From assembly GCF_963921235.1 (NCBI RefSeq), contig NC_086108.1, positions 37,016,001-37,080,000 on the forward strand: 64,000 nt of DNA. The letters are read 5' to 3'. Origin of the DNA: Mobula hypostoma (lineage: Eukaryota). Under the pieces are notes generated by a model. It saw only the letters and a list, made by a program, of their open reading frames with translations. It ran no database searches and had not been told where the DNA came from. Made by a program: the position numbers and the translations under genes. Shown piece after piece: positions 1 to 11,849 of the stretch; the first letter of the stretch is position 1; the number at the start of each line of letters is the position of its first letter.

Positions 1-240
1 AAAAGTAAAAAATCTCATTTGGAGAGATTTCTGGAGTTTTATCAATCTCATGATGTTTTCCATATTGTTGTATCAAATCAAAACAATCTTAAGCTTTTGT
101 GATAGCATATAGAATTACAGTACAATAATTCAAATATGGGGTTCCACACGGCCATAACCCAGGCCCCATTTGGTTGTAAAATGAATATATTTAATCAAAG
201 ACTGCTTTCCATACTTTGTTTTCCATACTTTCATAGCCTA

Positions 241-1468
241 TTAATAATCGTAATAATTTTCCAGGTCTTCCACATCTTCCACATCTTCATCTGAACTTTC
301 CACACTCTCTGAGGTGGATGCCTGGTTCTCACAGTCTGCCAGTCTACACATGTCAGTACACCTGAGGCCATTTGCAACACACATACATCTTGGGAGTGAA
401 CATTTTTTTGGACAATTACAGGCCAGTAGATTCAGGACAGCATCGGGTGCTGACTGGTCTTCCATCCAGTGCACCACCAACTGTTCAGCTTCCTCTTCTC
501 TCTCCATCTTCCATCCTCTGCCAACAGGGCTTGGCACTTGTGGGTCCTTCTCCAAACACCTTCTCCATATACCAGCCTGGTAGTTGGCTCACTGTGCATG
601 TTTTGTTAAGCAGTCCTTGCATGGTGGGAGTTGATGACTTTCGATTTCACCATTTTTTGGCACAGAAAAGGTGATACTCGAGCTCATTGGCCTTGGTGGT
701 TGATGCTTTTGGGGCATACAGGAGACATGTAAATGCCTCCAGTTTGTCCATCAGTTCTGGGGAGAGGTCCCATTCCTGACCCAACTCTAAGAATGTGTCC
801 TGAGTTTCCCTGTAGCTGGTCAGAAGTTTTAGGGCACTTGTCTTCCCTTTGCCTGCAAAAGCGCTTACAGTGTCACATGCTGTATATGTGTGCAACTCGA
901 TGAGAGCCCTACAAACCTCTATGCCAACAGTGACAGCAACCTTCCTGATGTCTACAAGCCTTGTACGGGTTCTAGTGCCACACTTCTGGAACAATGGGGC
1001 CTCAATCTTGTCACAAAATGCTAAAGACATGATAAAGACATCTGTGTCTTCTGAACAGATCACTACAGATTGGTATCCCTCTCTTGTGGCATGGGCAGCG
1101 TGGAGAAGTAGGCGGCCATCTGCTTCTTCTTGTTGACACTGAAGAGCTGACACCTCCTCACTGTCTTGAGATGTGATTCTGTAACATTTGTCATTCACAG
1201 TTGCATACAGAATCTTCTCCTGTAGCTTTGCTCTGTACTCAGCCTTCCTCCATTCATGGACTATGAAGCTAGTGAGACTATTTTTGTTACTGACTTTGGT
1301 CAGGGAGCTCCTCCACTGCCTCACCATCTGTGTGCCTGTGATACCTTGCAACTCATGACCAGTCTCTTCACCCCACAGAGATCTTTCACTATTCTTGATA
1401 GAGTTCTCCTTGTATGTGTCGAACACAACATCTATTCTGCTCCTCTGACTGCTTTCCCTCAGAGCCAT
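241..1468 (-). mobile_element. Academ (AcademX-type) DNA transposon fragment: XPG/FEN1-like nuclease domain plus C-terminal Cys8 zinc finger, pseudogenised
   Basis: ORF 647-1468 has XPG/PIN motifs IDVVFD, EEADGR, SEDTDV and H3TH-like CDTVSAFAGKGK. After a 1-nt frameshift near 650 and a TGA the frame continues (GEIESHQLPPC...AGIW) into ORF 241-555 with CNCPKKC..RCMC..GLRCTDMC...CEN. XPG + Cys8 is the AcademX architecture. Confidence 0.75.
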
Positions 1469-2792
1469 ATCCAGAAAGCTACCACCACTGCAATGCTATC
1501 ACATATTTTTATATCTTGCCAAAAATCACTATAAGAATTATTCCCACCAGAAGGTACCGGTGGCCCAAATCCGGGGTCCTGGCTCACGGACTACATGGGT
1601 CTTCACAAGAAACACTTCAGTGGAATAAGGAATATTGAGTCAAATGGTAAAGAGGTTGGAAATAAGGAGGCACACATTTAATTAAGGGGCAGAATACTCA
1701 GAATAAGATGATAATATACATAGATTAAATAATAACACCCAAAAGGAAATTACAGAATTTCTTGAAGGGAATAAAATCATAGGAGTGAGGGGAAAAAGCA
1801 GGAGATTAGACCTAAATAAATTAAATTGGCACAGACATAAGGTGGTGGAAGGCATATTTCAATGTGACATCATTCAATGAGTCTGCAGAGTTATAACTAA
1901 GCTTAATTATGTTCATGTTAGATTCTGTTGTGTAAAGTCTGTTAAAACAATGGCCTCAATGTGCAATGAGCTTCTGTTATCCCACATTTCTGATGATATA
2001 TCTTTTTAGTTAATTGACTTGTTGTAAGGAGATTCACAAGCTGAAAGAGAATGATCTCTGTAGCAAAGGTCCTTGCTTATAAATTCAGTTTAAATTATCA
2101 ATTAGAGATTACATCTGTTTCTGAGCAAAAATTTGGAAAATAAATTCCGTGGAGGGAATATTGGCTCTTGGTATGAGAATGAAACCATTTTGATTTGCAT
2201 TAAAATTTGTAATTCAAAATGAATGGTCACACATCACCACCTCTTGCCTATTTGCATGCAGCTATGTATATTTTGTCTCCATCAACCAGCCTAGAAGACA
2301 ATTATCTGCCTTTAGTCAATACATGGTATTTACTTTCTATATTTCTAACTTACTGGTTGTACAAATCTGCTTGCTACATTCATGCAAACTACAATTAAAC
2401 AAAATATATTTTCCTAATATGAATGAACACTTAAAAGGCATTCTTTAATGGAGGAGAACATTCTGGGTTCTTAAAAACACAGCTGTCAATTCAATCTAAT
2501 CAGAGAAAAACTATTGTTTTTTAAAATTATTTTATTGAAAGCTAGGATCAAAAACATAGCCAATATAATGTCCTACCTTCTTCAAAATACCTTTTCAATT
2601 CCTAAGAGTTTTCAATAATAAATTTAATTTGGCATGCCAAACACAACAACTAAAATTGCATTGTGGGGAAATTCTGGTGGAGGGTACACCTGTGCATTAG
2701 TGTACCCATGCAGGATCTCCATTGCTGATTTGACCAACTCTCTGGTTTCAGTGAAAGTTTATTCATTTACTGCAATGATGACCGTGCCCACT

Positions 2793-4200
2793 ATCAGAAT
2801 CAGAATCACTTTATTGCCAGTATGTGAAACATACTAGAATTGATAGTGGTTCAGTACCAAGCATAAAACACAGCACAATACCATAACAGACCACAAAAAC
2901 ACAACCAACAATTTACAAGATAATGTCCCTGAGCAATCAGCAATTAGCAGCATGGTCATACGTGCAAACATCAATAATCAAACTTAAATAAATGTGAACA
3001 TAATGACAGATTCAATACTTATCAGCAGAACAAGGAGAGCAGGCAGACCATTTAATGGATGCTGTGAAGGGACAGTTAGGGTATTATACCTGAGTGAGTT
3101 TTGTTGAGAAGCTGGATAGTTACAGGAAAAAAGCTTCAGAAATAAAGTGTAGTCATGGTGGTGATCAACTTGTAGTGTCTCTCTGATGACAATTTTGAAG
3201 AAGGGACTACTAAAGGCTGATTTATACTTCTGCGTCAACTTGACGCCGTAACCTACGCAAGTGGCCTACGCGCGTTGTGAGCATTTATACTCGTGCGTTG
3301 GTGTGTCTGCGTCGCTCTGCAACTCAGGCATGTCACACATGCGCACACACCTGCCCATGCAAGGCTTCATGGTCATGGTAGTCTTTCTTGGGGTAAACAA
3401 GTTTAAAGCGAGCGTTTTTTTTCGTAAAAGCGAAATGTGTCCTCCATAATTTCGGAGGTCTGTAAACCTTTATGGAAAGCATTGCAGCCAGAGTTCCTTC
3501 CCTGCTCTTCAGTCGCCCAATGGGAAGCTATTGCAGCGTAGGAGAAAATGTGATGCTACCAAGCGGACCAATCACAGTTGTTGCGGTCTGTGTTGTCGCG
3601 ATGCATAGTTACATTTTGGGAGAGGTGCATGTCAGGCTACAGCATAGGGATCCACGTAGGCACTGCGTAGGGATCGCGACGACGCCATTTGACGCAGAAG
3701 TATAAATCAGTCTTGAGATGGGTGGAATTAACAGCAATTTTTTTCAGCTCTTTTTTCACTCTGGTGTTGAATACTGCAGGCCTTTTAATGTTGGTAGCTG
3801 ACAGCAAATGATTTTCTTTGCTGAGTGGACCACTCACTGCAACCTGGACTTGGAGAGGGAGGAGAGGGCGAGAAACCAAACAGTGATAGAGATGGTCACA
3901 ACACTTTCACTGATAGCTGAATAAAAATTCATCAAGACACATCATGAGATCGTTAAGTTTCCTAAACTGGCATAGAAAGAACTATCTCGGCTGGGCTTAC
4001 CTAATGATAGGCATGACATGCTTGTCCTGCTTCCATGTAATAGAGTACAGCTGTAATAGCCGGCACCAATATCTGGACTCTTGATCCAAATTCTGCCAGA
4101 TCCCACCATCAACATCTGCTGCCACCATCATAGAACCCTTGAATCCATATTGACAGATCTCAAGCTACTACCACTGAAAGTCAAATATTTTGACCTGGGA
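2793..4200 (-). mobile_element. Old degenerate LINE 3' fragment (Rex1/L2-like), interrupted by a MITE
   Basis: (ATCAGA)n tail followed by TTTATT (AATAAA on minus) at ~2793-2815; body decayed, upper boundary uncertain. Confidence 0.35.
3214..3713. mobile_element. Non-autonomous DNA transposon (MITE), PIF/Harbinger-like
   Basis: 25-bp TIR AGGCTGATTTATACTTCTGCGTCAA / TTGACGCAGAAGTATAAATCAGTCT (1 mismatch); flanks TAA and TGA (TWA-like 3-bp TSD); subterminal CCTACGCA..CCTACG inverted motifs. Confidence 0.8.
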
Positions 4201-4510
4201 ATTGTTCTGCATTTAAGCAAGAATTGAGGTGTCTTTGATTTGAAATGTTAACTTAGTTTCTCTTTTCACTGATGCTAAAAGATCTTGAATCCTCTGGAGG
4301 CACAGCCTAATTTCAGTAAGCAAAACAATTATTATTAAGTATTTTATTTCAGACTGCTGCCTTGTAACAATTATGAATGCTTACCTAGCTATTAATACAA
4401 GTGCGAATATTCTGAAGACCATAAGACCATAAGACAAAGGAGCAGAAGTCGGCCATTCAGCCCATCGAGTCTGCTCCGCCACTTTATCATGAGCTGATCC
4501 ATTCTCCCAT

Positions 4511-7464
4511 TTAGTCCCACTCCCCCGCCTTCTCACCATAACCTTTGATGCCCTGGCTACTCAGATACCTATCAATCTCTGCCTTAAATACACCCAATGA
4601 CTTGGCCTCCACTGCTGCCCGTGGCAACAAATTCCATAGATTTATCACCCTCTGACTAAAAAAAATTTCTTTGCATTTCTGTTCTGAATGGGCGCCCTTC
4701 AATCCTTAAGTCATGCCCTCTCGTAATAGACTCCCCCGTCATGGGAAACAACTTTGCCACATCCACTCTGTCCATGCCTTTTAACATTCGAAATGTTTCT
4801 ATGAGGTCTCCCCTCATTTGTCTAAACTCCAAGGAATACAGTCCAAGAGCAGACAAACGTTCCTCATATGTTAACCCTCTCATTCCCGGAATCATTCCAG
4901 TGAATCTTCTCTGTACCCTCTCCAATGTCAGTGCATGCTTTCTTAAATATGGAGACCAAAGCTGCCCACAGTACTCCAAGTGAGGTCTCACTAGCACCTT
5001 ATAGAGCCTCAACATCACATCCCTGCTCCTATACTCTATTCCTCTAGAAATGAATGCCAACATTGCATTCGCCTTCTTCACGACCGACTCAACCTGGAGG
5101 CTAACTTTAAGGATATCCTGAACGAGGACTCCCAAGTCCCGTTGTATCTCAGAACTTTGAATTCTTTCCCCATTTAAATACTAGTCTGTCCGTTTATTTT
5201 TTCTGCCAAAGTGCATAACCACACACTTTCCAACATTATATTTCATTTGCCACTTCTCTGCCCATTCTTCCAATCTATCCAAGTCTCTCTGCAGACTCTC
5301 CATTTCCTCAGTAGTACTGGCCCCTCCACCTATCTTCATATCGTCAGCAAACTTAGCCACAAAGCCATCTATTCCATAATCCAAATCGTTGATGTACAAT
5401 GTAAAAAGAAGCGGCCCCAACAGGGACCCCTATGGAACACCACTGGTAACTGGCAGCCAACCAGAATAGGATCCCTTTATTCCCACTCTCTGTTTCCTGC
5501 CAATCAGCCAACACTCTATCCACGTATGTAACTTTCTTGTTATTCCATGGGCTCTTATCTTGTTAAGTAGCCTCACGTGTGGCACCTTGTCAAAGGCCTT
5601 CTGAAAATCCAAATATACAACATCCACTGCATCTTCCTTGTCTAGCCTACTGGTAATTTCCTCAAAAAATTGTAATAGGTTTGTCAGGCAGGATTTTCCT
5701 TCAAGGAATCCATGCTGAGTTCTGCCTATCTTGTCATATGCCTCCAGGTACTCTGTAACCTCATCCTTGACAATCGACTCCAACAACTTCCCAACCACAG
5801 ATGTCAAGCTAACGGGTCTATAATTTCCTTTTTGCTTCCTTGCCCCCTTCTTAAATAGCGGAGTGACATTTGCAATCTTCCAGTCTTCCGGAACCATGCC
5901 AGAATCTATCAACTTTTGAAAGATCATCACTAATGCCTCCGCAATCTCCACAGCTACTTCCTTCAGAACAGGAGGGTGCATTCCATCTGGTCCAGGAGAT
6001 TTATCTATCTTTAGACTATTCAGCTTCCTGAGTACTTTCTCTGTCGTAATTGTGACTGCGCACACTTCTCTTCCCTGCCACCCTTGAGTGTTCGGTATAC
6101 TGCTGATGTCTTCCTCAGTGAAGACTGACGCAAACTACCCGTTCAGTTCCTCTGCCATCTCCTCATCTCCCATTACAATTTCTAGAGCATCATTTTCTAT
6201 CGGTCCTATATCTACTCTCACCTGTCTTTTACTCTTTATATACTTGAAAAAGCTTTTAATATCCTCTTTGATATTATTTGCTAGCTTCCTTTCATATTTA
6301 ATCTTTTCCCTCTTAATGACCTTCTTGATTCCTTTTGTAAGGTTTTAAAAACTTCCCAATCCTCTGTCTTCCCACTAATTTTTGCTTCCTTGTATGCCCT
6401 CTCCTTTGCTTTAACTTTGGCTTTGACTTCTCTTGTCAACCACGGTTGCATCCTTTTTCCACTCGAAAATTTCTTTTTTTTTGTAATATACCTGTCTTGC
6501 ACATTCCTCATTTCTTGCATAAACTCCAGCCACTGCTGCTCTGCTGTCTTTCCCGCCAGTGTCTCTTTCCAGTCAAATTTGGCCAGTTCCTCTCTCATGC
6601 CACTGTAATTTCCTTTACTCCACCGAAATACCGACACATCAGATTTCAGCTTCTCTTTTTCTAATTTCACAGTGAACTCAATCATGTTATGATCACTGCC
6701 TCCTAAAAGTTCCTTCACCTCAATCTCTCCAATCACCTCTGATTCATTACACAATACCAATCCAGTACATCCGATCCCCTAGTGGGATCAACTACAAGCT
6801 GTTCGAAAAAGCCATCTTGCAGACATTCTACAAATTCTTTCTCTTGAGATCCAGTGCCGACCTGATTTTCCCAATCTACTAGCATGTTAAAATCCCCCAC
6901 AATTATCATAACACTGCCCTTCTGACAAGCCTTTTCTATTTCCTGTTGTAATTTGTAGTCCACATCCCTGCAGCTGTTTGGAGGCCTATGAATAACCGCC
7001 ATCAGGGTCCTTTTACCCCTGCTATTTCTTAGCTCAACCCATAAAGATTCTGCACCTTCCGATCTTATATCACCTCTTTCTAATGATTTCATATCATTTC
7101 TTACCAATAAAGCCACACCTCCCCCTCTGCCTACCTTCCTATCCTTGCGATACACCGTGTATCCTTGGACGTTCAGCTCCCAGACACATGCATCCTTTAG
7201 CCAGGTCTCAATGATGGCCACAATATCATACCTGCCAATCAGTAGCTGTACGACAAGATCATCCACCTTATTCCTTATGCTGCGTGCATTTAAGTACAAC
7301 ACCTTAAGACCAGTATTTGATACTTTTCGCTTTGATTTCACTGCAACTTTATTGCACTGCAACTCATCCCAATGGCTACAAATTTGCCCCATCACCTGCC
7401 TGTCTTTCCTGACATCTTTACTGCTCACTATCTTAGATTTATTTCTGTTTTCCCCTTCCTCCAC
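4511..7464 (-). pseudogene. CR1 ORF2 (APE endonuclease + reverse transcriptase), broken by frameshifts and stops
   Basis: LNARSIRNK, ETWL, GGGVALLV, GDFN (APE); YRPVSLTS, YLDFQKAFDKV, SGVP*, FADD (RT); C-terminal RGDLIE. Confidence 0.92.
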
Positions 7465-7496
7465 TCTGTCATTCCGTTTCCCATCCCCCTGCCAAG

Positions 7497-8432
7497 TTAG
7501 TTTAAACCCTCCCTAACAGCTCCATTAAACTTTCCCGCCAGGATATTTGTCCCCTTCGGTTTTAGGTGTAACCTGTCCTTTTTGAACAGGTCATACTTCC
7601 CCCAGAAGAGATTCCAATTATCCAAGAATCTGAAGGCCTGCCCCCTACACCAGTCTCTCAGCCACGCATTCATCTGCCTGATCCTACTATCCTTGCCCTC
7701 GCTAGCCCGTGGCACAGGTAGCAATCCCGAGATTACTACCCTGGAGGTCCTGCTTCTCAGCTTCCTTCCTAACTCCTGGAAATCTCTCTTCAGGCCCTCC
7801 TCCTTGGTCCTATCTATGTCATTGGTACCAACATGTACCAAGACAACTGGCTGCTCACCCTCCCCCTTTAGAATATTCAGGACCTGATCCGAGACAACCC
7901 GTACCCTGGCACTTGGGAGGCAACACACCATGCGGGTATCTCTGTCAGGCTCACAGAATCTCCTGTCTGTTCCCCTGACTATGGAATCCCCTGTGACTAC
8001 CGCATTTCTCTTCTCCCTCCATCTCTCCTGCACAACAGCGTCAGGCTCAGTGCCAGAGACCCGGTCACCGTGGGCGTCCCCTGTCAGGTCATCCCCCTCA
8101 ACAGCATCCAGAACAAGATATTTGTTGCTGAGGGGGACAGCCACAGTTGTGGTCTCCACTATCCAGGCATTTCCCTTCCCTCTCTTGACAGTCACCCAGT
8201 TTTCTGACCCCTGTAGCCCAGGGATGACTACCTCCCTGTAGCTCCTGTCTATCACCTCTTCACTTTCCCTGATAAGCAGTAGATCATCAAGCTGCAGCTC
8301 CAGGTCCCTAACACGGTCTCTGAGGAGCTGCAACTCGGTGCACCTGGCGCAGATGTGGCCATCAGGGAGGCTGGAGTTCTCCCAGGATTCCCACATCTGA
8401 CACCCTGAACAAAACACTAACCCTGCAGGCAT
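7497..8432 (-). CDS. CR1 ORF1p: zinc finger/leucine zipper plus SGNH(GDSL) esterase-like domain, open frame (311 aa)
   Basis: CSGCQMWE...CARC, heptad LxxxVxxLExQL, GDSIVRG, HVGTNDI, DRLHL. Confidence 0.9.
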   Translation of the reverse strand: MPAGLVFCSGCQMWESWENSSLPDGHICARCTELQLLRDRVRDLELQLDDLLLIRESEEVIDRSYREVVIPGLQGSENWVTVKRGKGNAWIVETTTVAVPLSNKYLVLDAVEGDDLTGDAHGDRVSGTEPDAVVQERWREKRNAVVTGDSIVRGTDRRFCEPDRDTRMVCCLPSARVRVVSDQVLNILKGEGEQPVVLVHVGTNDIDRTKEEGLKRDFQELGRKLRSRTSRVVISGLLPVPRASEGKDSRIRQMNAWLRDWCRGQAFRFLDNWNLFWGKYDLFKKDRLHLKPKGTNILAGKFNGAVREGLN

Positions 8433-8999
8433 GCTATCTAATTCTACAGGGATGAAACAGGAAAAATAAGTCTACTCACCCACTTACCTCGCCAAACAGA
8501 CGATCTTTTTAAACCGTTAGCTCGTACCGTTAGCTGTGAGAGCCCTGCTGATCCCATCTGTCCAGGCCGATTTGCGAAAGGGGGGGGGGAGAAAAAAAAA
8601 GAGTTAGCGCTTCGCTTTCGCCTCTTCCCGTTTACTGCTGAAGCCCGTTGAAGCCAAAGCCCTACACTCTGCTACCACTCACTCCGCTGCCCGCTCCGAC
8701 AGCTGCTCGCTGTATAGGGTGGTCTCCTTTTTAAACTCTCCGTGTGGTCCTGTTGACATCACGCACCTGCGCAGTCTTGCCCTTCTTGCACTCGAAGAAG
8801 CTTTTAAAAAAAACTGCCTTCCTTCAGAATTCAGCTCCCACGACGCTCTGTAGTCCTGATCCAAAAAAAATAACATCGCTATCAAATTATGGATAAGAGG
8901 GATAAAAAGGATCTAAAGATTTAATTGAGGGAGAGGATTAGAGGGAAATAGCTAGTGTTACAGCTTTAGACATTCAAGGATTTTTGGGTGACAAATAAG

Positions 9000-9126
9000 A
9001 GAAAATCTGCAGATGCTGGAAATCTGAGCAACACAAACAAAATGCTAGAGGAACTCAGCAGGCTAGGCAACATCTAGGAAATGAGTACAGTCAATGTTTT
9101 GGGCTGAAACCCTTCGACAGGACTGG
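9000..9126 (-). mobile_element. Short Penelope-derived terminal fragment with decayed hammerhead motif
   Basis: TCTGCAGATGCTGGAAAT...AACAC..AATGCT..GGAACTCAGCAGG end shared with the PLE termini elsewhere in the window. Confidence 0.65.
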
Positions 9127-10908
9127 ATTTTTGGGTAATCTGCATGCATTCATTATCGAAGTACATAGCTATAAATAACAAAACTCTGTTTATTTCTAGT
9201 ATAACTTAAAGACATTAATCTGAAGATGAAGTAAAAATGTCAAAATTTCTTCCCTCTGCCCAGGGAACTTATTTATTTTATGCATACTGTTGTGTAAAAA
9301 TATTCTTTTTTACACTACAGATGCCAAAAGCAATAAAGTTAGAAATGGAGCAGAGATAATAATATTGCATAGAATTAGAAATATGAATCCACTGATCTAT
9401 AAAACTGAGCTTCCTTTTAATACCAGGAGAAAAGGAATATACATTCAGGCTGTGATTCTTTCTAAAAACGAAAGGAGTAAGATCTCCAAATTTCAAAGCA
9501 TAGTACATGTTTGTAAAATATACAGAAAAAAATCTGGAGGAAGTAAAGGAAGAATATTACTTTTAAAGCTCCAAATCAAGTGGATAAGATGGCAACATGT
9601 CCTGTAATAGATGAACCTGGGTAGGCTTAAGATAATTAAATCGCTAAAAAAGGACAGTGAGGAAGTTTCATATAAGTTAAAAACTGAGCTGTTTGCCATA
9701 ATATTCCAGTAAAATTTCACTATTCATAAAGCCCATCTTAAAAGATTTCTAATATGTCTAATAACATTGATAAAAACTGTTGTAGATATCCTGCAGTTAT
9801 AGACATTGCTTAGCTATCTGACTCCTGAATCACAATTTCTCCTTTTTCATTTCTTGCTTAATCTTAAATCATAAACTGTCATGTTTCTCTATCGAAAACT
9901 CATTTCCTATCTGGTGCAGTGCATCCATTCAGAAAACAGCATAAAAAACCTAAACTGTCAAACTAATGTGTCCTGAGGGGGTGTTACACCATCTGAGGTG
10001 TCATCTTTTGGATGAGGCATTAAACATGACCCCACTTACCCTCTGCAACAGTTAAAATTTTCCACAGTATTATTCAATGAGGAGTTCTGCACAATATTCT
10101 GGTCAACTACGGAACAACTGCAGCTTGTTTGATCATTTTGCTCTGAGTACTGATTGCAAAAAAAAAGTTTCTTTCTGTTGGATAAGACATGCATGAATAC
10201 TGCCAGATGGTGGTTCTAGTACTCGATAGATTGTGCCTATTTGTGAACACAGAGAGAAATTTCAAATGCACAAATGGAAGGGAAAGCTGCGTCAGGTGCA
10301 AACCAGACAGATGGAAAAGTCACGGATGTTTCTTCAGATGATAGGGTGGTTGTCACCAGCAAATATTTCCCAGTCAAATTTATGTTCACTGTCTTCCTCA
10401 TTACTGTGGACATTTTGTGCTGTTATGGTAGCACTCTTCAGAGAATTTATGCATTTGTAGATATAGTAACTGTCCCAGAATGATTCTGACTTATTCAAGG
10501 GCTCATGTTTTTTTTTATCCTGGCCCCATCTGTGAGTTTTCTGCTATGCTCCATATCTTAGAGCATCCTGTGGTTATATTTCACAGCATCTATCTTTTCT
10601 GTCATTGTTATCTAATAAATATAGCCTACCTGAGAAACCTGGTGCTAATTGACATTAGGGCACTGACTGCTAAAATTGGAGTTGGACACCAAAGCACACC
10701 ACCGCTGATAATCCGTCAGGAGCTTTCAGTTTGCACAGCTGCAGGTTTAGGCACAATAAGGTCTTCAGATTTAATGACATCGTTTGTAATACCCTCATTA
10801 ATACAGTTAATTGACACGGAGTTCTTGGAGCCCTTCAATCCCACACCCCCTCCCCTCACCTCAACATCACCGCTGTGTAGAAATGAGAGGATTTGCATGA
10901 GAAATACA

Positions 10909-11451
10909 CACTCAGTGGCCTCTTTATTAGGTAATCTTGTACGTTAATGCTAATAGATAATCAGCCAGTCTTGTGGCAGCAAGTCAATGCATAAAGTCAG
11001 GCAGACATTGTCAAGGGGTTTAGTTGTTGTTCCAATCAAATATCAGAATGGGGAAGGAATGTGATATAAATGACTTTGACTGTGCACTGATTGTTGGTGA
11101 CAGACTGGGTGGTTTGAATATCTCAAAAACTGCTGATCTCCTGGGATTTTCCAGACTCAAGTCTCTGGAGTTTATAGAGAATGGTGCAAAAAAAAATACA
11201 GTGAGTGGCAGTTTTGTAGGCAAAAATGCGTTGTTAATGAGGGAGGTCAGTGGAGAATGACCAGACTAGTTCAAGCTGACCAGAAAGTGAGAGTAACTTA
11301 CATAAGCATGTGTTATAACAGTGGTGTGCAGAAGAATATAGCTGAACATAAAACCACATCGAACCTTGAAGTGGATGGGCTACAGCAGCAGAAGACCACA
11401 GTGGCCACTTTATTAGATATCTCCTGTACCTAATAAAGTGGCCACTGAGTG
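10909..11451 (+). mobile_element. Internally deleted Tc1/mariner (Tc1-like) element
   Basis: ~26-bp TIR CACTCAGTGGCC(T/A)CTTTATTAGGTA; residual transposase N-terminal HTH (MGKECDINDFDCALIVG...ISKTADLLGFS, later GYSSRRP); extra TIR copy at ~11397. Confidence 0.85.
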
Positions 11452-11849
11452 TGCTTTTGAGACTAAGCTCTCTCATCGCAAGATCCAGTGCTGAAATAAA
11501 ATCCGTGACCTCACTGGACTGTCCAGATTAGTGTTCTCAAATACCATCTAACAGTTTTACAATTCAAGCACAAAAGCTGTTCCAACTGAGCAGCCTGTAA
11601 AATCCCTACACAGCAAACAGTCACCACAAATGCAGTGCACACACCTTCCCTGTCTACACAGTGATGAGAATCACTTTTTATCACTGTTTTTCAGTTGACT
11701 GAGCAAATAAGAAGAGCCCTCTAGGCATGGGCTCTTACTTAGTTAAAGTAAGTAAAGCAGTAATGATTAGGTGCTCAGGTGCCATGGTGCTAATACATTG
11801 CCGAAAACCCATATTCATACCAAGTAAAAAGGAAACATGCTAATTTTCA

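Larger units (their letters stand above)
4415..8862 (-). mobile_element. Near full-length CR1 LINE (copy A) with 5'UTR, ORF1, disrupted ORF2 and (TCTTATGG)n tail
   Basis: Octamer tail at ~4415-4436; RT and APE fragments; ORF1; GC-richer 5'UTR 8440-8862. Confidence 0.93.

Noticed and set aside
8444..8487. GT-AG intron-like segment just upstream of CR1 ORF1, near where copy B begins
   Set aside because: It is only 44 nt, and copy B retains TGTAG, so copy B is a 5' truncation rather than a spliced product.
10233..10947. Cluster of short ORFs (60-155 aa)
   Set aside because: No recognisable domain or convincing splice structure.
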